A DNA stretch of 64,000 nucleotides from an uncultured Gammaproteobacteria bacterium (GTDB lineage Bacteria > Patescibacteriota > Microgenomatia > Levybacterales > GWA1-39-11): contig CAZQSX010000001.1 of assembly GCA_964596415.1 (NCBI GenBank), forward strand, positions 37,508 to 101,507, in the 5' to 3' direction. Positions 7,908-18,282 of this stretch are shown here, piece by piece. Every line of letters starts with the position of its first letter. Within the stretch, counting starts at the first letter, position 1. Both the position numbers and the translations under genes were made by a program. The notes beneath the pieces are model-generated. The model was not told where the DNA came from. It made no database searches and saw only the letters and a program-made list of their open reading frames with translations.

Positions 7908-9758
7908 TTAGAGGAAATCTGGAGGTGCTTCTTCCAATTTCCTTTTATTATTATCTAACACTTCTTGTGGTAATTCAAAGATAAAACGAGATATGGAATT
8001 AGTTACGCGTTGTCCAAAGAATAATCTACGTTTTGCAAACGTGAGATACAGTTTTTCTTTTGCTCGTGTGATGCCCACATAGGCAAGTCTTCTTTCCTCT
8101 TCAATTGCAGATGAATCTAAAAGGGATTGTGCATGTGGGAAGAGACCTTCTTCCATGCCGATTAAAAAAACCATTTTAAATTCAAGTCCTTTTGCAGCAT
8201 GAATTGTCATGAAGGTTACAGCGTCTGGTTTGCCAAAATTTTTTGGCTGATCAGGCAAATGTTCTTGTTCAACGAGCGCAACATTTTCTAAAAATTGTGT
8301 AATATTTGGGAATTCAATCGCAACAGATCTAAGTTCCTTAATATTTTCAAGCCTATTTCTGTCTTCCGGATCCGATTCGTCATAAAGTGCAAGATAGCCA
8401 GTTTTTTCCAAAAGTAAATCAAGTAAGTCTATCGTTGGTTCTTCGTCAACATTCATGCCCTCTAATTCTTCAAGCAGTTTTGTAAAAATAGAAAACCTTC
8501 TTTTTCCAAGTTTCTCAATCCTTTTTTTTGCAACTGAATCTTTTCTGTTAACTAAAAAAGCAAGATAAGAAAGCGCATCTTTGATTTCTTTACGAGCATA
8601 AAATCTAGTTCCCCCAACTAATAAATACGGAATTGCGTGATGTATAAACGTTTCCTCAAGGGCACGTGACTGTGCATTCGTTCTATAAAGAACCGCAACG
8701 TCCGAGAAAGAAAAATGACGGTCATGATTTTTTTCCTCAAGTATTTTTTGTATGATAAATTCTGCCTCACTGTGTTCATTGTCTGCTAAAAATAAATCTA
8801 TATCTGCTCCGTAATTTTTATCAGTCCACAGTGCGAGAACGGGGTGAGATGAGTTATGAGAAATGACCGAATATGCAGCGTCTAGTATAGGTTTGGTAGA
8901 TCTATAATTCTGTGAGAGGGAAAGCTTTTTTGCGTTTGGAAAATCGATAATGAATTTTTCTAAATTTTTGTAGTCAGCTCCTCTAAAAGAGTAAATGCTT
9001 TGAGCAAAATCTCCCACAATGCAAATATTTTTAAAAACACCTGAGAGCATTTTTGTGAGTAAGTATTGTGGTTGATTTGTGTCTTGATATTCATCTACTA
9101 AAATATACCTAAATTGATTTTGATAATTTTCAAGAATTTGTTTTTGAGTTTTAAAAAGCTTTATAACAAGAAGCAGTAGGTCATCAAAATCAATTGCATC
9201 TGCTTCTTTTAACAGTTCTTGGTATAAAGGGTAAATTTTTGATATATGCTTTTGAAATTGTCCTCGTGCTAGTTCGGTATATGTTAAGGGATCAATCATT
9301 TGGTTTTTAATATCAGATATAGTGTGAAGTGCAGACCTTGGCTTAATATCTTTAATAGACAAGTCTAATTTTTGCATTGCTTGCTTTACGACCTCTAATT
9401 GATCTTCGCTATCATATATTCTGAAACTTGAAGAATAACCAACGTAGGCTGCATAGCGTCGTAAAATTCTTGCACAAAGTGAGTGAAAAGTTCCTACAAT
9501 CGGAAGATTTGAGTGTAGATTTAAATCGAGTAATGCTTTTTCAATTCTTTCCTTCATCTCAGAAGCGGCCTTATTTGTAAATGTGACCATGAGGATATTA
9601 TCTGCTTGAGCAGTTTTTTCAGTCATGAGGTATAAAACTTTATGAATAAGCACCTTTGTTTTGCCACTGCCTGCACCAGCAAGAATTATGATTGGTCCAT
9701 CTGTTTGCTCAACTGCTTTTGTTTGTTCCGGGTTCAGCGTATTGAGGATGTGATTCAT
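7908..9758 (-). CDS. pcrA: UvrD/PcrA family DNA helicase
   Basis: AGAGSGKT, TFTNKAA, VDEYQD, QNYRS, TIHAAKGLEF and EEERRLAYVGITRA motifs. Confidence 0.93.
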   Translation of the reverse strand: MNHILNTLNPEQTKAVEQTDGPIIILAGAGSGKTKVLIHKVLYLMTEKTAQADNILMVTFTNKAASEMKERIEKALLDLNLHSNLPIVGTFHSLCARILRRYAAYVGYSSSFRIYDSEDQLEVVKQAMQKLDLSIKDIKPRSALHTISDIKNQMIDPLTYTELARGQFQKHISKIYPLYQELLKEADAIDFDDLLLLVIKLFKTQKQILENYQNQFRYILVDEYQDTNQPQYLLTKMLSGVFKNICIVGDFAQSIYSFRGADYKNLEKFIIDFPNAKKLSLSQNYRSTKPILDAAYSVISHNSSHPVLALWTDKNYGADIDLFLADNEHSEAEFIIQKILEEKNHDRHFSFSDVAVLYRTNAQSRALEETFIHHAIPYLLVGGTRFYARKEIKDALSYLAFLVNRKDSVAKKRIEKLGKRRFSIFTKLLEELEGMNVDEEPTIDLLDLLLEKTGYLALYDESDPEDRNRLENIKELRSVAIEFPNITQFLENVALVEQEHLPDQPKNFGKPDAVTFMTIHAAKGLEFKMVFLIGMEEGLFPHAQSLLDSSAIEEERRLAYVGITRAKEKLYLTFAKRRLFFGQRVTNSISRFIFELPQEVLDNNKRKLEEAPPDFL

Positions 9759-9811
9759 ATGTTGGTATAATAAGTGTACCTTAGAGTAACCCATTATACA
9801 CGTTTTTACAT

Positions 9812-10489
9812 ATGGACAAAAAGAAAATAATTGCGAATTGGAAATCCTTTAAAACCGCAGAGGAGACTATAGTTTTTCTGGACGTTTTAAAAGATGTACT
9901 TCCAAGCGTAAATCTATTAAACAAGGAAATAATTATTCTTCCATCCTATTTATCTATTCCACCTGCATTTGCATACATTGAAGCTGAGGGTTTACCCATT
10001 GCTATAGGCGCGCAGGACATATCAGGCTTTGACCCCGGTGCTTATACTGGAGAGGTGAACGGGGAGCAGATTGCTGAATTTTGTAGGTACGTTTTAATAA
10101 ATCATTCTGAGCGTAAACGGTATAATCATGAAGCGGATCAAGAGGCAAGAAGTAAGGTATTAATGGCGAAGAAATATAATTTGTCTTCCCTGTTTTGCAT
10201 TCAAGATGAAAATGCTGCTGTGCCTGATGGAGTTATTGATGTTATGTATGAGCCTCCGTCTGCAATTTCTACGTTTCAAAAAGATGCGCACGTAGAAGAT
10301 GCTTCAGAAATTGAATACGTATTTAAAAAAATGAAGGAGCGTATTCCATCAGCAAATTTTTACTATGGTGGGTCCGTTAATGCGGATAATATAGATTCAC
10401 TCTTGCAGATTCCAGGTATTTCAGGCTTTTTAGTTGGTGGAGCAAGTCTTGATATTGAAAAATTTTCAGAACTACTTCTGTCTTTTTAA
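9812..10489 (+). CDS. tpiA: triosephosphate isomerase
   Basis: ANWK, GAYTGE, HSER, YEP, YGGSV and LVGGASL motifs. Confidence 0.92.
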   Translation: MDKKKIIANWKSFKTAEETIVFLDVLKDVLPSVNLLNKEIIILPSYLSIPPAFAYIEAEGLPIAIGAQDISGFDPGAYTGEVNGEQIAEFCRYVLINHSERKRYNHEADQEARSKVLMAKKYNLSSLFCIQDENAAVPDGVIDVMYEPPSAISTFQKDAHVEDASEIEYVFKKMKERIPSANFYYGGSVNADNIDSLLQIPGISGFLVGGASLDIEKFSELLLSF

Positions 10490-10495
10490 TTTTTC

Positions 10496-11626
10496 ATGAA
10501 ACAACGAAAAAAGAAAAAAATATTTCTCATTGTGTTTCTTCCAATTTCAATTCTTATTGTACTTATTATTATTAGGTTTTTTTCTCTGTTTTGGGGAGTA
10601 GTTGTTGATAAAAACATTCACATAAAAAAGAATGAACAAGGGGTTATTAATATATTACTTTTGGGGATAGGAGGGGGCGCACATGACGGACCAAACTTGA
10701 CCGATACTATTATTCTTGCATCACTTGACCCTAAAAAAAATACAGTAAATCTTATTGCTATCCCCAGAGATTTATACGTGCCTGCTCTAAAGGGAAAAAT
10801 AAATAGAGTGTATTCTGATGGGGAAGAAAAAGGGAAAGGAAAAGGGATACTTTTAGTAAAGTCTGCAATAAATTCAGTAACAGGAATAAAGCCAGATTAC
10901 GTGGTTGTTATTGATTTTTCAGGGTTTGTGAAATTGGTAGATTTACTTGGTGGGATAGATGTTATGGTTAAGAATCCACTGACAGATTATGAGTACCCAA
11001 TTACTGGTTCAGAAAATGAGCTTTGTGGATATGAACAGGATAGTATTGCTTCTTTTTCTGCACAGATTGCGACTGGTTCTGCAACAGAACCGGAAATATT
11101 TCCCTGCCGATATGAAACACTTCATGTAGATGCTGGAGATATTCATATGGATGGTGAATTAGCATTAAAATTTGTTCGGTCAAGACACGCGATAGGGATG
11201 GAGGGAACTGATTTTGCAAGATCAGCGAGACAGCAAGCAGTGATTAACGCAGTAAGAAGTAAGGTACTCTCCCTTGGTACCTTAACAAATCCGGTAAAAA
11301 TTGTGGGGATAATTGACATATTAACTGATCATATTAAGATGGATATTGCAGAAAATGAGATAGATGATTTCATAAAACTTGCCCAGAAAATGAAAGATGC
11401 AAAGATAACAAATTACGTATTAGATATGGGGGATGAGCGGGTAGCAAGACCTGGATTACTTGTTCATCCTGATATTTCTGAAGAGTATGGATTTCAGTGG
11501 GTCTTGGCGCCAAGACTTGAAGGGAATGATTTTTCAGAAATAAAAGAATATATAACCTGTATTGTTCTGGGTAAAGTTTGCGAAGTGACGAAAAATGCAG
11601 TAATTGTTTCAGAGCCTAATAAGTAA
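10496..11626 (+). CDS. LytR-CpsA-Psr (LCP) family phosphotransferase
   Basis: N-terminal TM; TDTIIL, IPRDLYV, FVRSRH and DFARSARQQ motifs. Confidence 0.92.
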   Translation: MKQRKKKKIFLIVFLPISILIVLIIIRFFSLFWGVVVDKNIHIKKNEQGVINILLLGIGGGAHDGPNLTDTIILASLDPKKNTVNLIAIPRDLYVPALKGKINRVYSDGEEKGKGKGILLVKSAINSVTGIKPDYVVVIDFSGFVKLVDLLGGIDVMVKNPLTDYEYPITGSENELCGYEQDSIASFSAQIATGSATEPEIFPCRYETLHVDAGDIHMDGELALKFVRSRHAIGMEGTDFARSARQQAVINAVRSKVLSLGTLTNPVKIVGIIDILTDHIKMDIAENEIDDFIKLAQKMKDAKITNYVLDMGDERVARPGLLVHPDISEEYGFQWVLAPRLEGNDFSEIKEYITCIVLGKVCEVTKNAVIVSEPNK

Positions 11627-13832
11627 GTTTGTAAATTATTGTTTTCTCCTGGGATCCTTTGAAGATTATTTTTCCAAGCGTTTTAAATTTTTCTTCTGAA
11701 ACATTATATTTTTCTTTTTCCTCATTTCCCACTATTACATATTCCACCTGATATTTTTTAAATAACGGTATTGAAGTTGCAAGATCTCCTTCATACATTG
11801 TTCTTACCTCCTCGATTCTTGGTGCAGGAATGTCATAGCTTCCACGCCATAACCATTCGTGTACTGTCCAGCCCAATATCGTTGGAAGACCGGTGTTTGC
11901 AGAAATTCGAGCGGCGTTCGTATAGGAATCTCCCTGAGCCTCTAAAATAACTGGTTGATTAGAGATAGATGAATTTAGAAATTGAATTGCTTGTAGGTCA
12001 TCTGGATTTATTTTTTTAATATAATCAGTTCCGTTAAGTCCTTTGTATTCTCTTAAGTCTGAATAATAGGATCGAATTGCAAAATAAGGATAAATAAGAA
12101 CTCCTGTCAGAAGGACAAATGTTATAAGAAAGAAAATTATTTTAAGTGCAACATTTTTTATACGTGAAAAAAGGAAAACTATGATATAGGCACTTGCAAG
12201 CGTAAGTAGCATAAATGCTTGATAAACTAATTTAAACATTGTATTTGCTCGGTAATGCGCTGGATAAATATCTTTTGCATATAAAAACTCAGGCGTGAGA
12301 ATAAGTAGAAATGAAATAATAATAATAAGTAGAATAAAAATATTTGTCATATTTTTGGGAAATGCTAAAATGTAGGACTTGTCTTTTTGGGAAAATTGAA
12401 AGATTTTTTTTGTTCTCATCATTAGAAACGCAACAAATGAACCGGTATAGAAAATAAAAAATCCGTATAAAATAAGCAGTTGATAAAGTTCAGATTTTTG
12501 ACAGTGATCTTTTTCAAATAAAAAAGGTCCAACCTTTCCGATATTCGTTAAGAAATCAGGAGCACATATAATTCCTACTCCAGATACAAACGGTTTGAAA
12601 AAGATATTGAAAGGTAGAGAAAATAAAAAATAGAAAATGATAATCAGTCCCACTGCGTATATGTTTTCTTTTATAAATTTTTTAAAATTATGAACGGCAC
12701 GTATATAGGGAAATACTAAGTGTTTTTCTTTTTTATGCATGGAAAAGTTGAGTAGTTTAATTTTTAGAATAATTATTATGAAAGTGGTGAGCCCTAAATA
12801 AATGATCCCGTCCCATACATTTGTCATATACATAATTGCAAGAAAAAGAGCTAATGTTGTAGTTTGAAGTTTTGTAAAAACCCCGTTTTTTAATACAGTA
12901 AAAGAAAGCGCCAGTGTTAAAAGTACGAATGGAATATCTAGAACGTGTCCATGCAAATCAGAGACAATAAATGAATACAGTGGAAATTCATGGATTGTTA
13001 AAGGGATAAATCTAGTCGCATTTGGATACCAGTAGTCATTTGGGAATGTATTTGGTAAAAAAACAAGATTCCATGGGGGAGTTGGTTTCTCTCCTATATA
13101 TGGTTGAAATAATGTATATATTGTATGTAGGTTTCCTGACAGGGATAGTAGTGTGCCGCCAAGAATTCCTCCTAGTATGCGTTTTTTTACTTCAAACTTT
13201 TCTAAGAAGTTGAAAAGAATGGAAAATCCACCACTTAGTGTAAATGCAAAAAGTGTAGCAATCATTAAGTTATAGGAAATATAGTTAGGAACCATAGATA
13301 ATTTTGTGAGCACTGCAGTTGCTAAATGACCAAAGAAATAATAATTTATGGGAAGTGGAGTAAACCACATATCTTTTGGAGGAAAATATTCACTTCTTAA
13401 GATTGAGTTTACAAACCCATAATCCATGAATTTTTCAAGCGATTGAATGCTTGGTTCATGTGCTCGAACATACGCCCAGAAACAGAGCGCTGAGAAAAAA
13501 AGAAGTTCTTCAAAAATAATTACTTTTGCAAGAAAAGAGACTTTTTTTGAAATGTGAATATTTTGTTTGAGGGTTTTTTTTAAAATATACATATTTCCAA
13601 TAAGTGAGATAAGTAAAACAAAAAGTATGGAGTAAACGTTAAACGGTAGAATGTGAAGCGTTCCTAAAACCAGAAGTACATAAGACAAAATGCCAATTCC
13701 CAATACTTTTGAGAAAATATAAAAATAGTCCTGACTTTTATGAAATAAAAGCATGGAGAGGGGAAGGAAAATAAATCCTATTCCTAAAAGTATCGCCCAC
13801 CATTGTAATATATATAAAAAATCACCTTGCAT
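11616..13832 (-). CDS. DUF2298 / YYY-type polytopic membrane protein (GT-C-like)
   Basis: EKFMDYGF, PPKDMWF, INYYFFGH, IHEFP, DLHGH, NTMFK and GWTVHEWLWRG motifs; start codon uncertain. Confidence 0.85.
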   Translation of the reverse strand: MQGDFLYILQWWAILLGIGFIFLPLSMLLFHKSQDYFYIFSKVLGIGILSYVLLVLGTLHILPFNVYSILFVLLISLIGNMYILKKTLKQNIHISKKVSFLAKVIIFEELLFFSALCFWAYVRAHEPSIQSLEKFMDYGFVNSILRSEYFPPKDMWFTPLPINYYFFGHLATAVLTKLSMVPNYISYNLMIATLFAFTLSGGFSILFNFLEKFEVKKRILGGILGGTLLSLSGNLHTIYTLFQPYIGEKPTPPWNLVFLPNTFPNDYWYPNATRFIPLTIHEFPLYSFIVSDLHGHVLDIPFVLLTLALSFTVLKNGVFTKLQTTTLALFLAIMYMTNVWDGIIYLGLTTFIIIILKIKLLNFSMHKKEKHLVFPYIRAVHNFKKFIKENIYAVGLIIIFYFLFSLPFNIFFKPFVSGVGIICAPDFLTNIGKVGPFLFEKDHCQKSELYQLLILYGFFIFYTGSFVAFLMMRTKKIFQFSQKDKSYILAFPKNMTNIFILLIIIISFLLILTPEFLYAKDIYPAHYRANTMFKLVYQAFMLLTLASAYIIVFLFSRIKNVALKIIFFLITFVLLTGVLIYPYFAIRSYYSDLREYKGLNGTDYIKKINPDDLQAIQFLNSSISNQPVILEAQGDSYTNAARISANTGLPTILGWTVHEWLWRGSYDIPAPRIEEVRTMYEGDLATSIPLFKKYQVEYVIVGNEEKEKYNVSEEKFKTLGKIIFKGSQEKTIIYKLTY

Positions 13833-13856
13833 GAATGAAAACAATTATATACTGTT

Positions 13857-15287
13857 TTAATATTCTTGACCAGAAGAGACAAGCCCACATTTTTTTACAG
13901 CTTTGCTATGAGAAAATTCTAATAGGTACGCAGTTATAGAGTCATTTTGTGGATCTGGGAATAGAAATCTACAATATTCTTGAGGGAATGTTATATCTTG
14001 GCGAATTATTTCAGTTCTTTTTTTAGCAATGAGCAGATACTGATAATTATATGTAATACCATCATTTCCTGAGAGATGATAATTAGTTGCATATACATTT
14101 TGCCCTAAAACGTTCACTTTTCCCCAGATAGTATTTGCAATTGGATCAACTGAGAAAAAAAGTCCTAAAATAGTGAGAAGAAATACTACAAAAATTGAAG
14201 TAGCCTTTACGAAAAAGTTTTTAAGTTGTGTAACAACCACAGAAAACCAAAGGAGAAGGAAGGGAATTATGGGAAGCGCGTATCTTGGGATTGTATAAGT
14301 TTGAAACGTTAGAACAGTTAATGCATACAAAATACAAAAAATTAAAATGAAAAGTATAGTTTTTGTTTGAGCATCAAATCGGGTTACTGTTTGAATGATT
14401 TTTTTTCGATTTTCCTTTCTTATTAAAATAATAATAGTTATAAAAATAGAAATCGCGATTATTATCCAATTGAAGTTTAAAAATAATAGCTGAAGAAAAT
14501 GCTGCGTAGCATATTCATTAAAAATTTTAAGTGTAACTACATTATTAACAATTGTATAGAATGTTCCCTGGTCAGCTGTGTCCGTAAAAATCCAATCGCT
14601 CCACTCACCTTTACCGTTCATATTTAAAAAATTGTCCCAAATATAATAAGCAGCAATAGGAATAATATAAAAGAAAATGTATTTAATTTGCTTCGATTTT
14701 TTTGTAAGTAATATAGTAGTGATATCCAAAAGTAAAAATGTTCCAACTATCAAAAGTCCAGTTTCCTTAGTGAGAATAATTAAACAGAGCAAAAGCGAAA
14801 AAAGTAGATGCTTTTTTTGCAAATATACTAACAAAGTCCAGATGAGAATAATTGTTATAACATAGTCTATTAGTGAAAAAAATGCAGTTGAAATAAGCAG
14901 AGGATTCATAGAAAAGATTATAGTTGAGATTTCTGCGGAGGGTTTACTTGATACTTTTTTGGTTAAGAAATACATTCCTATTATTCCAAGTACTCCCAAG
15001 ATGTATCCAAAGAGATTAAATCCTATACTAGAAAGTCCAAAGAACTGGAGAAGAAAAGCCGAAGACACAATTTTTAATGGTGGGTGTATCGAAGAAAATT
15101 GAGAAAAATAAAGATCAAATCCACCATTAAAAAAATAATACGATTTTACAAAGTCAATATTCCCATCAAGATATGGAAAGCTATTTATAAAAGGAAGAAA
15201 TAACAAGGAGAATATAACAAAGGAAATAAGAAGCGATATGTTATTTCGTGCAGTTTTTAGATACGTTGTAAATTTCAAATTCTCCAT
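13857..15287 (-). CDS. GT-C / PMT-like membrane glycosyltransferase
   Basis: Multiple TMs; HPPL, LTKETG and PRYALP motifs. Confidence 0.75.
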   Translation of the reverse strand: MENLKFTTYLKTARNNISLLISFVIFSLLFLPFINSFPYLDGNIDFVKSYYFFNGGFDLYFSQFSSIHPPLKIVSSAFLLQFFGLSSIGFNLFGYILGVLGIIGMYFLTKKVSSKPSAEISTIIFSMNPLLISTAFFSLIDYVITIILIWTLLVYLQKKHLLFSLLLCLIILTKETGLLIVGTFLLLDITTILLTKKSKQIKYIFFYIIPIAAYYIWDNFLNMNGKGEWSDWIFTDTADQGTFYTIVNNVVTLKIFNEYATQHFLQLLFLNFNWIIIAISIFITIIILIRKENRKKIIQTVTRFDAQTKTILFILIFCILYALTVLTFQTYTIPRYALPIIPFLLLWFSVVVTQLKNFFVKATSIFVVFLLTILGLFFSVDPIANTIWGKVNVLGQNVYATNYHLSGNDGITYNYQYLLIAKKRTEIIRQDITFPQEYCRFLFPDPQNDSITAYLLEFSHSKAVKKCGLVSSGQEY

Positions 15288-16866
15288 TCTTATATTCTAA
15301 TTGAAATTCTCTCTCAAATACATCTGATATTTTAGGTTGATCGGGGTTGTTTATTTGGCTTCTATTAATTTCTATATATGAGATTTTATTTTTAAGAAGT
15401 AATCTGCAAATTTCTCTTTTGGAAGCAGATGAAAACATTATGCTTCTTTCACTTCCTCTTTTTTCCGTGTCATACCCTGCTGACCAAGCAAAATATGGCC
15501 ACCCTAAAAATATTTTTCTTCCAACAATTGATTCAGGAGCAAGAAGAAATGTATTATTAAGAAAAATACTATCAGGAGCTGTGTTGTATAAAATCCATTG
15601 CGCCGTTTTATTATGAGTGTAATCCGAAAGTTGTATTTTTTGATCATTCAGGATGGGGAATAGATCTATAATTCCTGACAGTGTAAGAAAAAACACGAGT
15701 AGAATAGTAACAGGTTTCATGAATTTTTTACGCCAAAGCTTTATGAGAATAAATCCGGTAAACATACTACCCATAAGCATAAAATAATTAAAAAATTTGT
15801 GGTTAGCAGCCATTTCTGGAGAAAATTGAAATAAATTTCCTATTACAAACATGCTAAAAAATGCGAGAAGTACTTTTTTTTGATTTTTATTTGCAAAGAG
15901 AAAACCAAGAATGATAAGTAAAAAGTGAAGTCCTAAATTCATAAACCAATACAAGGTAAAATTTGCAACTGAAAGATTTTCAGAGATAAGATATCCCGGT
16001 TTAAAAACAATACCAAAAGCATTTCCTCCCGAATTCATGTAGAGATATTGGGGATACGAGAATAAACCTGCCATTAAAAGTAGAATTAGCAACTGGCTTC
16101 TTATTTTTGAAAAGAATAATCCAAGAAAAACTAAAACAATTCCGGTCATCATAAAAACGGCTACATGAAAGTAAAAAGAAAGACCAAGTAAAGACCCTAG
16201 TAGCAAGGATTCTGTAATTCCAAGATTTTTCTTTTTAGAAAATATAGGTTTTAACACTTGAGATATTACAAAAAGTGAAAGAGCGAGTGCTGCTGCAAAG
16301 TGTCTCTGGTTTGTATAGATGTTCAGATTCCAGAATGCAGATACAATACCAGTTCCATAATAGGGTGCGAACGAAGAGAAGGAGGTGTTTTTAATTATAT
16401 CCTGAATGTATAAAGTTGAAAGTGGATGTTTTTGAAAGAAATATATGAATGAGAGCGATCCGTTAAATAAAAAAAAGATTACGGTAAGAATTCCAACTGC
16501 CCTTGATGAGAAAACTAACTTTGCAAAAGAATATAACATAACAAGGAGGAGAAAAAATCCAATACTTGATGGAATATTTAATGCGAGATTTATGGGAAGT
16601 CCTATTTTTTCAAGTAGTCCCACAAATGCATAAAACAAGAAATGGTAGTGGATTGGTTCACCTGGGAATAAAGGGTATTCTACTGGAAAATTCCATCCTA
16701 ACGAAAAAGAGCGTATAAGCGGTATGTGCGAAGCGAAGTCGCTCCATAATTTTGAACCAATCAGTATGTTTCCGTTTTGGTATGAGAATGTTTGAAGCAT
16801 TAATATGCATGAGAAAAGGAAGCAGAGTCCAAAGAAGACGCGAATGAGGATTTTGTTAGAAAGCAT
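15241..16866 (-). CDS. polytopic membrane protein, probable GT-C glycosyltransferase
   Basis: WSDFASH, YPLFPGEPIHYHF, multiple TMs and a C-terminal soluble domain. Confidence 0.65.
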   Translation of the reverse strand: MLSNKILIRVFFGLCFLFSCILMLQTFSYQNGNILIGSKLWSDFASHIPLIRSFSLGWNFPVEYPLFPGEPIHYHFLFYAFVGLLEKIGLPINLALNIPSSIGFFLLLVMLYSFAKLVFSSRAVGILTVIFFLFNGSLSFIYFFQKHPLSTLYIQDIIKNTSFSSFAPYYGTGIVSAFWNLNIYTNQRHFAAALALSLFVISQVLKPIFSKKKNLGITESLLLGSLLGLSFYFHVAVFMMTGIVLVFLGLFFSKIRSQLLILLLMAGLFSYPQYLYMNSGGNAFGIVFKPGYLISENLSVANFTLYWFMNLGLHFLLIILGFLFANKNQKKVLLAFFSMFVIGNLFQFSPEMAANHKFFNYFMLMGSMFTGFILIKLWRKKFMKPVTILLVFFLTLSGIIDLFPILNDQKIQLSDYTHNKTAQWILYNTAPDSIFLNNTFLLAPESIVGRKIFLGWPYFAWSAGYDTEKRGSERSIMFSSASKREICRLLLKNKISYIEINRSQINNPDQPKISDVFEREFQLEYKNGEFEIYNVSKNCTK

Positions 16867-16870
16867 AACG

Positions 16871-18235
16871 TTATTGTACTATTATTTCTGTAATCCTTTT
16901 TCCTAGCTCTACCGCGTAATTTGTTCCTCTATCCCAAGGGTATACCTGTTCAATGTTTGCAAGATAAACATTTTTAAGAGGGGTTTTAAATTCTGGAATC
17001 TGTTTTGAATAATTTGGAAAAATAATGGGCTGGGCAAATGGCGCATGGAATAGTTCAGATCCAATGATATATTTTTTATAGTTAGGGTTTATTTTTTTAA
17101 GCCAGGGGTCATATAACTTAAGAAGTTGCTGTTCAGTCATTTTGAATCTTGGATCAGTTATTTCCATATAATTACCTAAATAAACGAGATGCTCATTCCC
17201 ATAGTGCTTTTTATCCATAAAATTCGTATGTTCAACGATTGCCAAAATCGGGGATTTTAAATCACACATGTTCAGCCAATATGTATTATCTGAAAAAAAC
17301 GGTTGTTTTAGTCGAAGTACTAAATTCATGGCTCCAATTCCAACTAGTTTTCCTAACTTCTCAGAATAATCCTTGGGGAGTGAGGGTGTAATTTTTTTAA
17401 AAAGAAATGATGGGGTAGTTACAATGACTGTATCATAATTACTAACTACTAACTTTTCTAGACCCACAGTTGAAGCCGAGGATCGCAAGCTTTGCTTACC
17501 ACGAACTTTTTTAAATGTCACTTGAGGATTATTATTTGATGTTAGGTTAACAACCTCTGTTTCATAAAAAAACTTTGCCCCATTTTTTTCCGCCGCTTTT
17601 TGCAGGTGAAGCGCAAACTCCAAAAATCCTCCTTCAGGATAAGCCAAGCTTGGAGTTCTTTTATAGATTCTTGCCCAAAACCAACTGAGAGATACGTCTT
17701 TTGCATATTTTCCCAGCTTGTTATCCATTAAAGGTTTCCAAATCATGTCATATCCTTTTTTTCCCATGAACTTTTTAAGGTACGGTTCTGCTTTGTATTT
17801 TTCAAGTGGGCGCCAGATAGGATTATATTTAAGAAGGGCAAGGGAGACTCCCATGCGGATCCGGTCGGTTAAAGAAAGCTTTGGAAATTTAAGAAGAGAT
17901 GTGGGGGAATCAAGTTGGAAAATTTTGTCATGCACAAATGATGAAGTTTTAGGTCTGACTATTTCAACTTGATGGTGAATCTCAGAGGCAAGATCCAGCA
18001 CATTTTTATCATTTGTGAACCAATGATGATAATGCTTTTCAAGCGTCCAGTCCCACTTCGTCGTTTTACTCCTCAGTGCAGGCACTTTTTTTCTTTGATT
18101 GACAGGCTTAAATCCGACTGCAAGACCTCCCGGTTTTTCATCGAGCTCAAAGACATTAACAGAATGACCACCCTTTGATAGATAGTAGGCTGCTGAAAGA
18201 CCGGTAAAGCCGGCACCGATAATTGCAATTTTCAT
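16871..18235 (-). CDS. FAD-dependent oxidoreductase (amine oxidase / HemY-like)
   Basis: IIGAGFTGLSAA dinucleotide motif, EKHYHH and YPWDRGTNYAV. Confidence 0.88.
   Translation of the reverse strand: MKIAIIGAGFTGLSAAYYLSKGGHSVNVFELDEKPGGLAVGFKPVNQRKKVPALRSKTTKWDWTLEKHYHHWFTNDKNVLDLASEIHHQVEIVRPKTSSFVHDKIFQLDSPTSLLKFPKLSLTDRIRMGVSLALLKYNPIWRPLEKYKAEPYLKKFMGKKGYDMIWKPLMDNKLGKYAKDVSLSWFWARIYKRTPSLAYPEGGFLEFALHLQKAAEKNGAKFFYETEVVNLTSNNNPQVTFKKVRGKQSLRSSASTVGLEKLVVSNYDTVIVTTPSFLFKKITPSLPKDYSEKLGKLVGIGAMNLVLRLKQPFFSDNTYWLNMCDLKSPILAIVEHTNFMDKKHYGNEHLVYLGNYMEITDPRFKMTEQQLLKLYDPWLKKINPNYKKYIIGSELFHAPFAQPIIFPNYSKQIPEFKTPLKNVYLANIEQVYPWDRGTNYAVELGKRITEIIVQ
17459..17498 (-). repeat. 40-nt hairpin element, family A (in-frame in the oxidoreductase)
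   Basis: taagcaaagcttgcgatcctcggcttcaactgtgggtcta; 31/40 identical to 47912..47951. Confidence 0.8.
18054..18083 (+). repeat. REP-like element, family B (in-frame in the oxidoreductase)
   Basis: CAC-TTCG-...-CTCA-GTG-CAGGC. Confidence 0.7.
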
Positions 18236-18282
18236 ATATTTCGTTTTAACTTAATGAATTCTAATGAACTATAAATATCTTT

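Noticed and set aside
9812-10489. tpiA pseudogene because YEPVWAIG is altered to YEPPSAIS
   Set aside because: The catalytic Lys, His and Glu and the phosphate-binding motifs are intact, and the frame is open.
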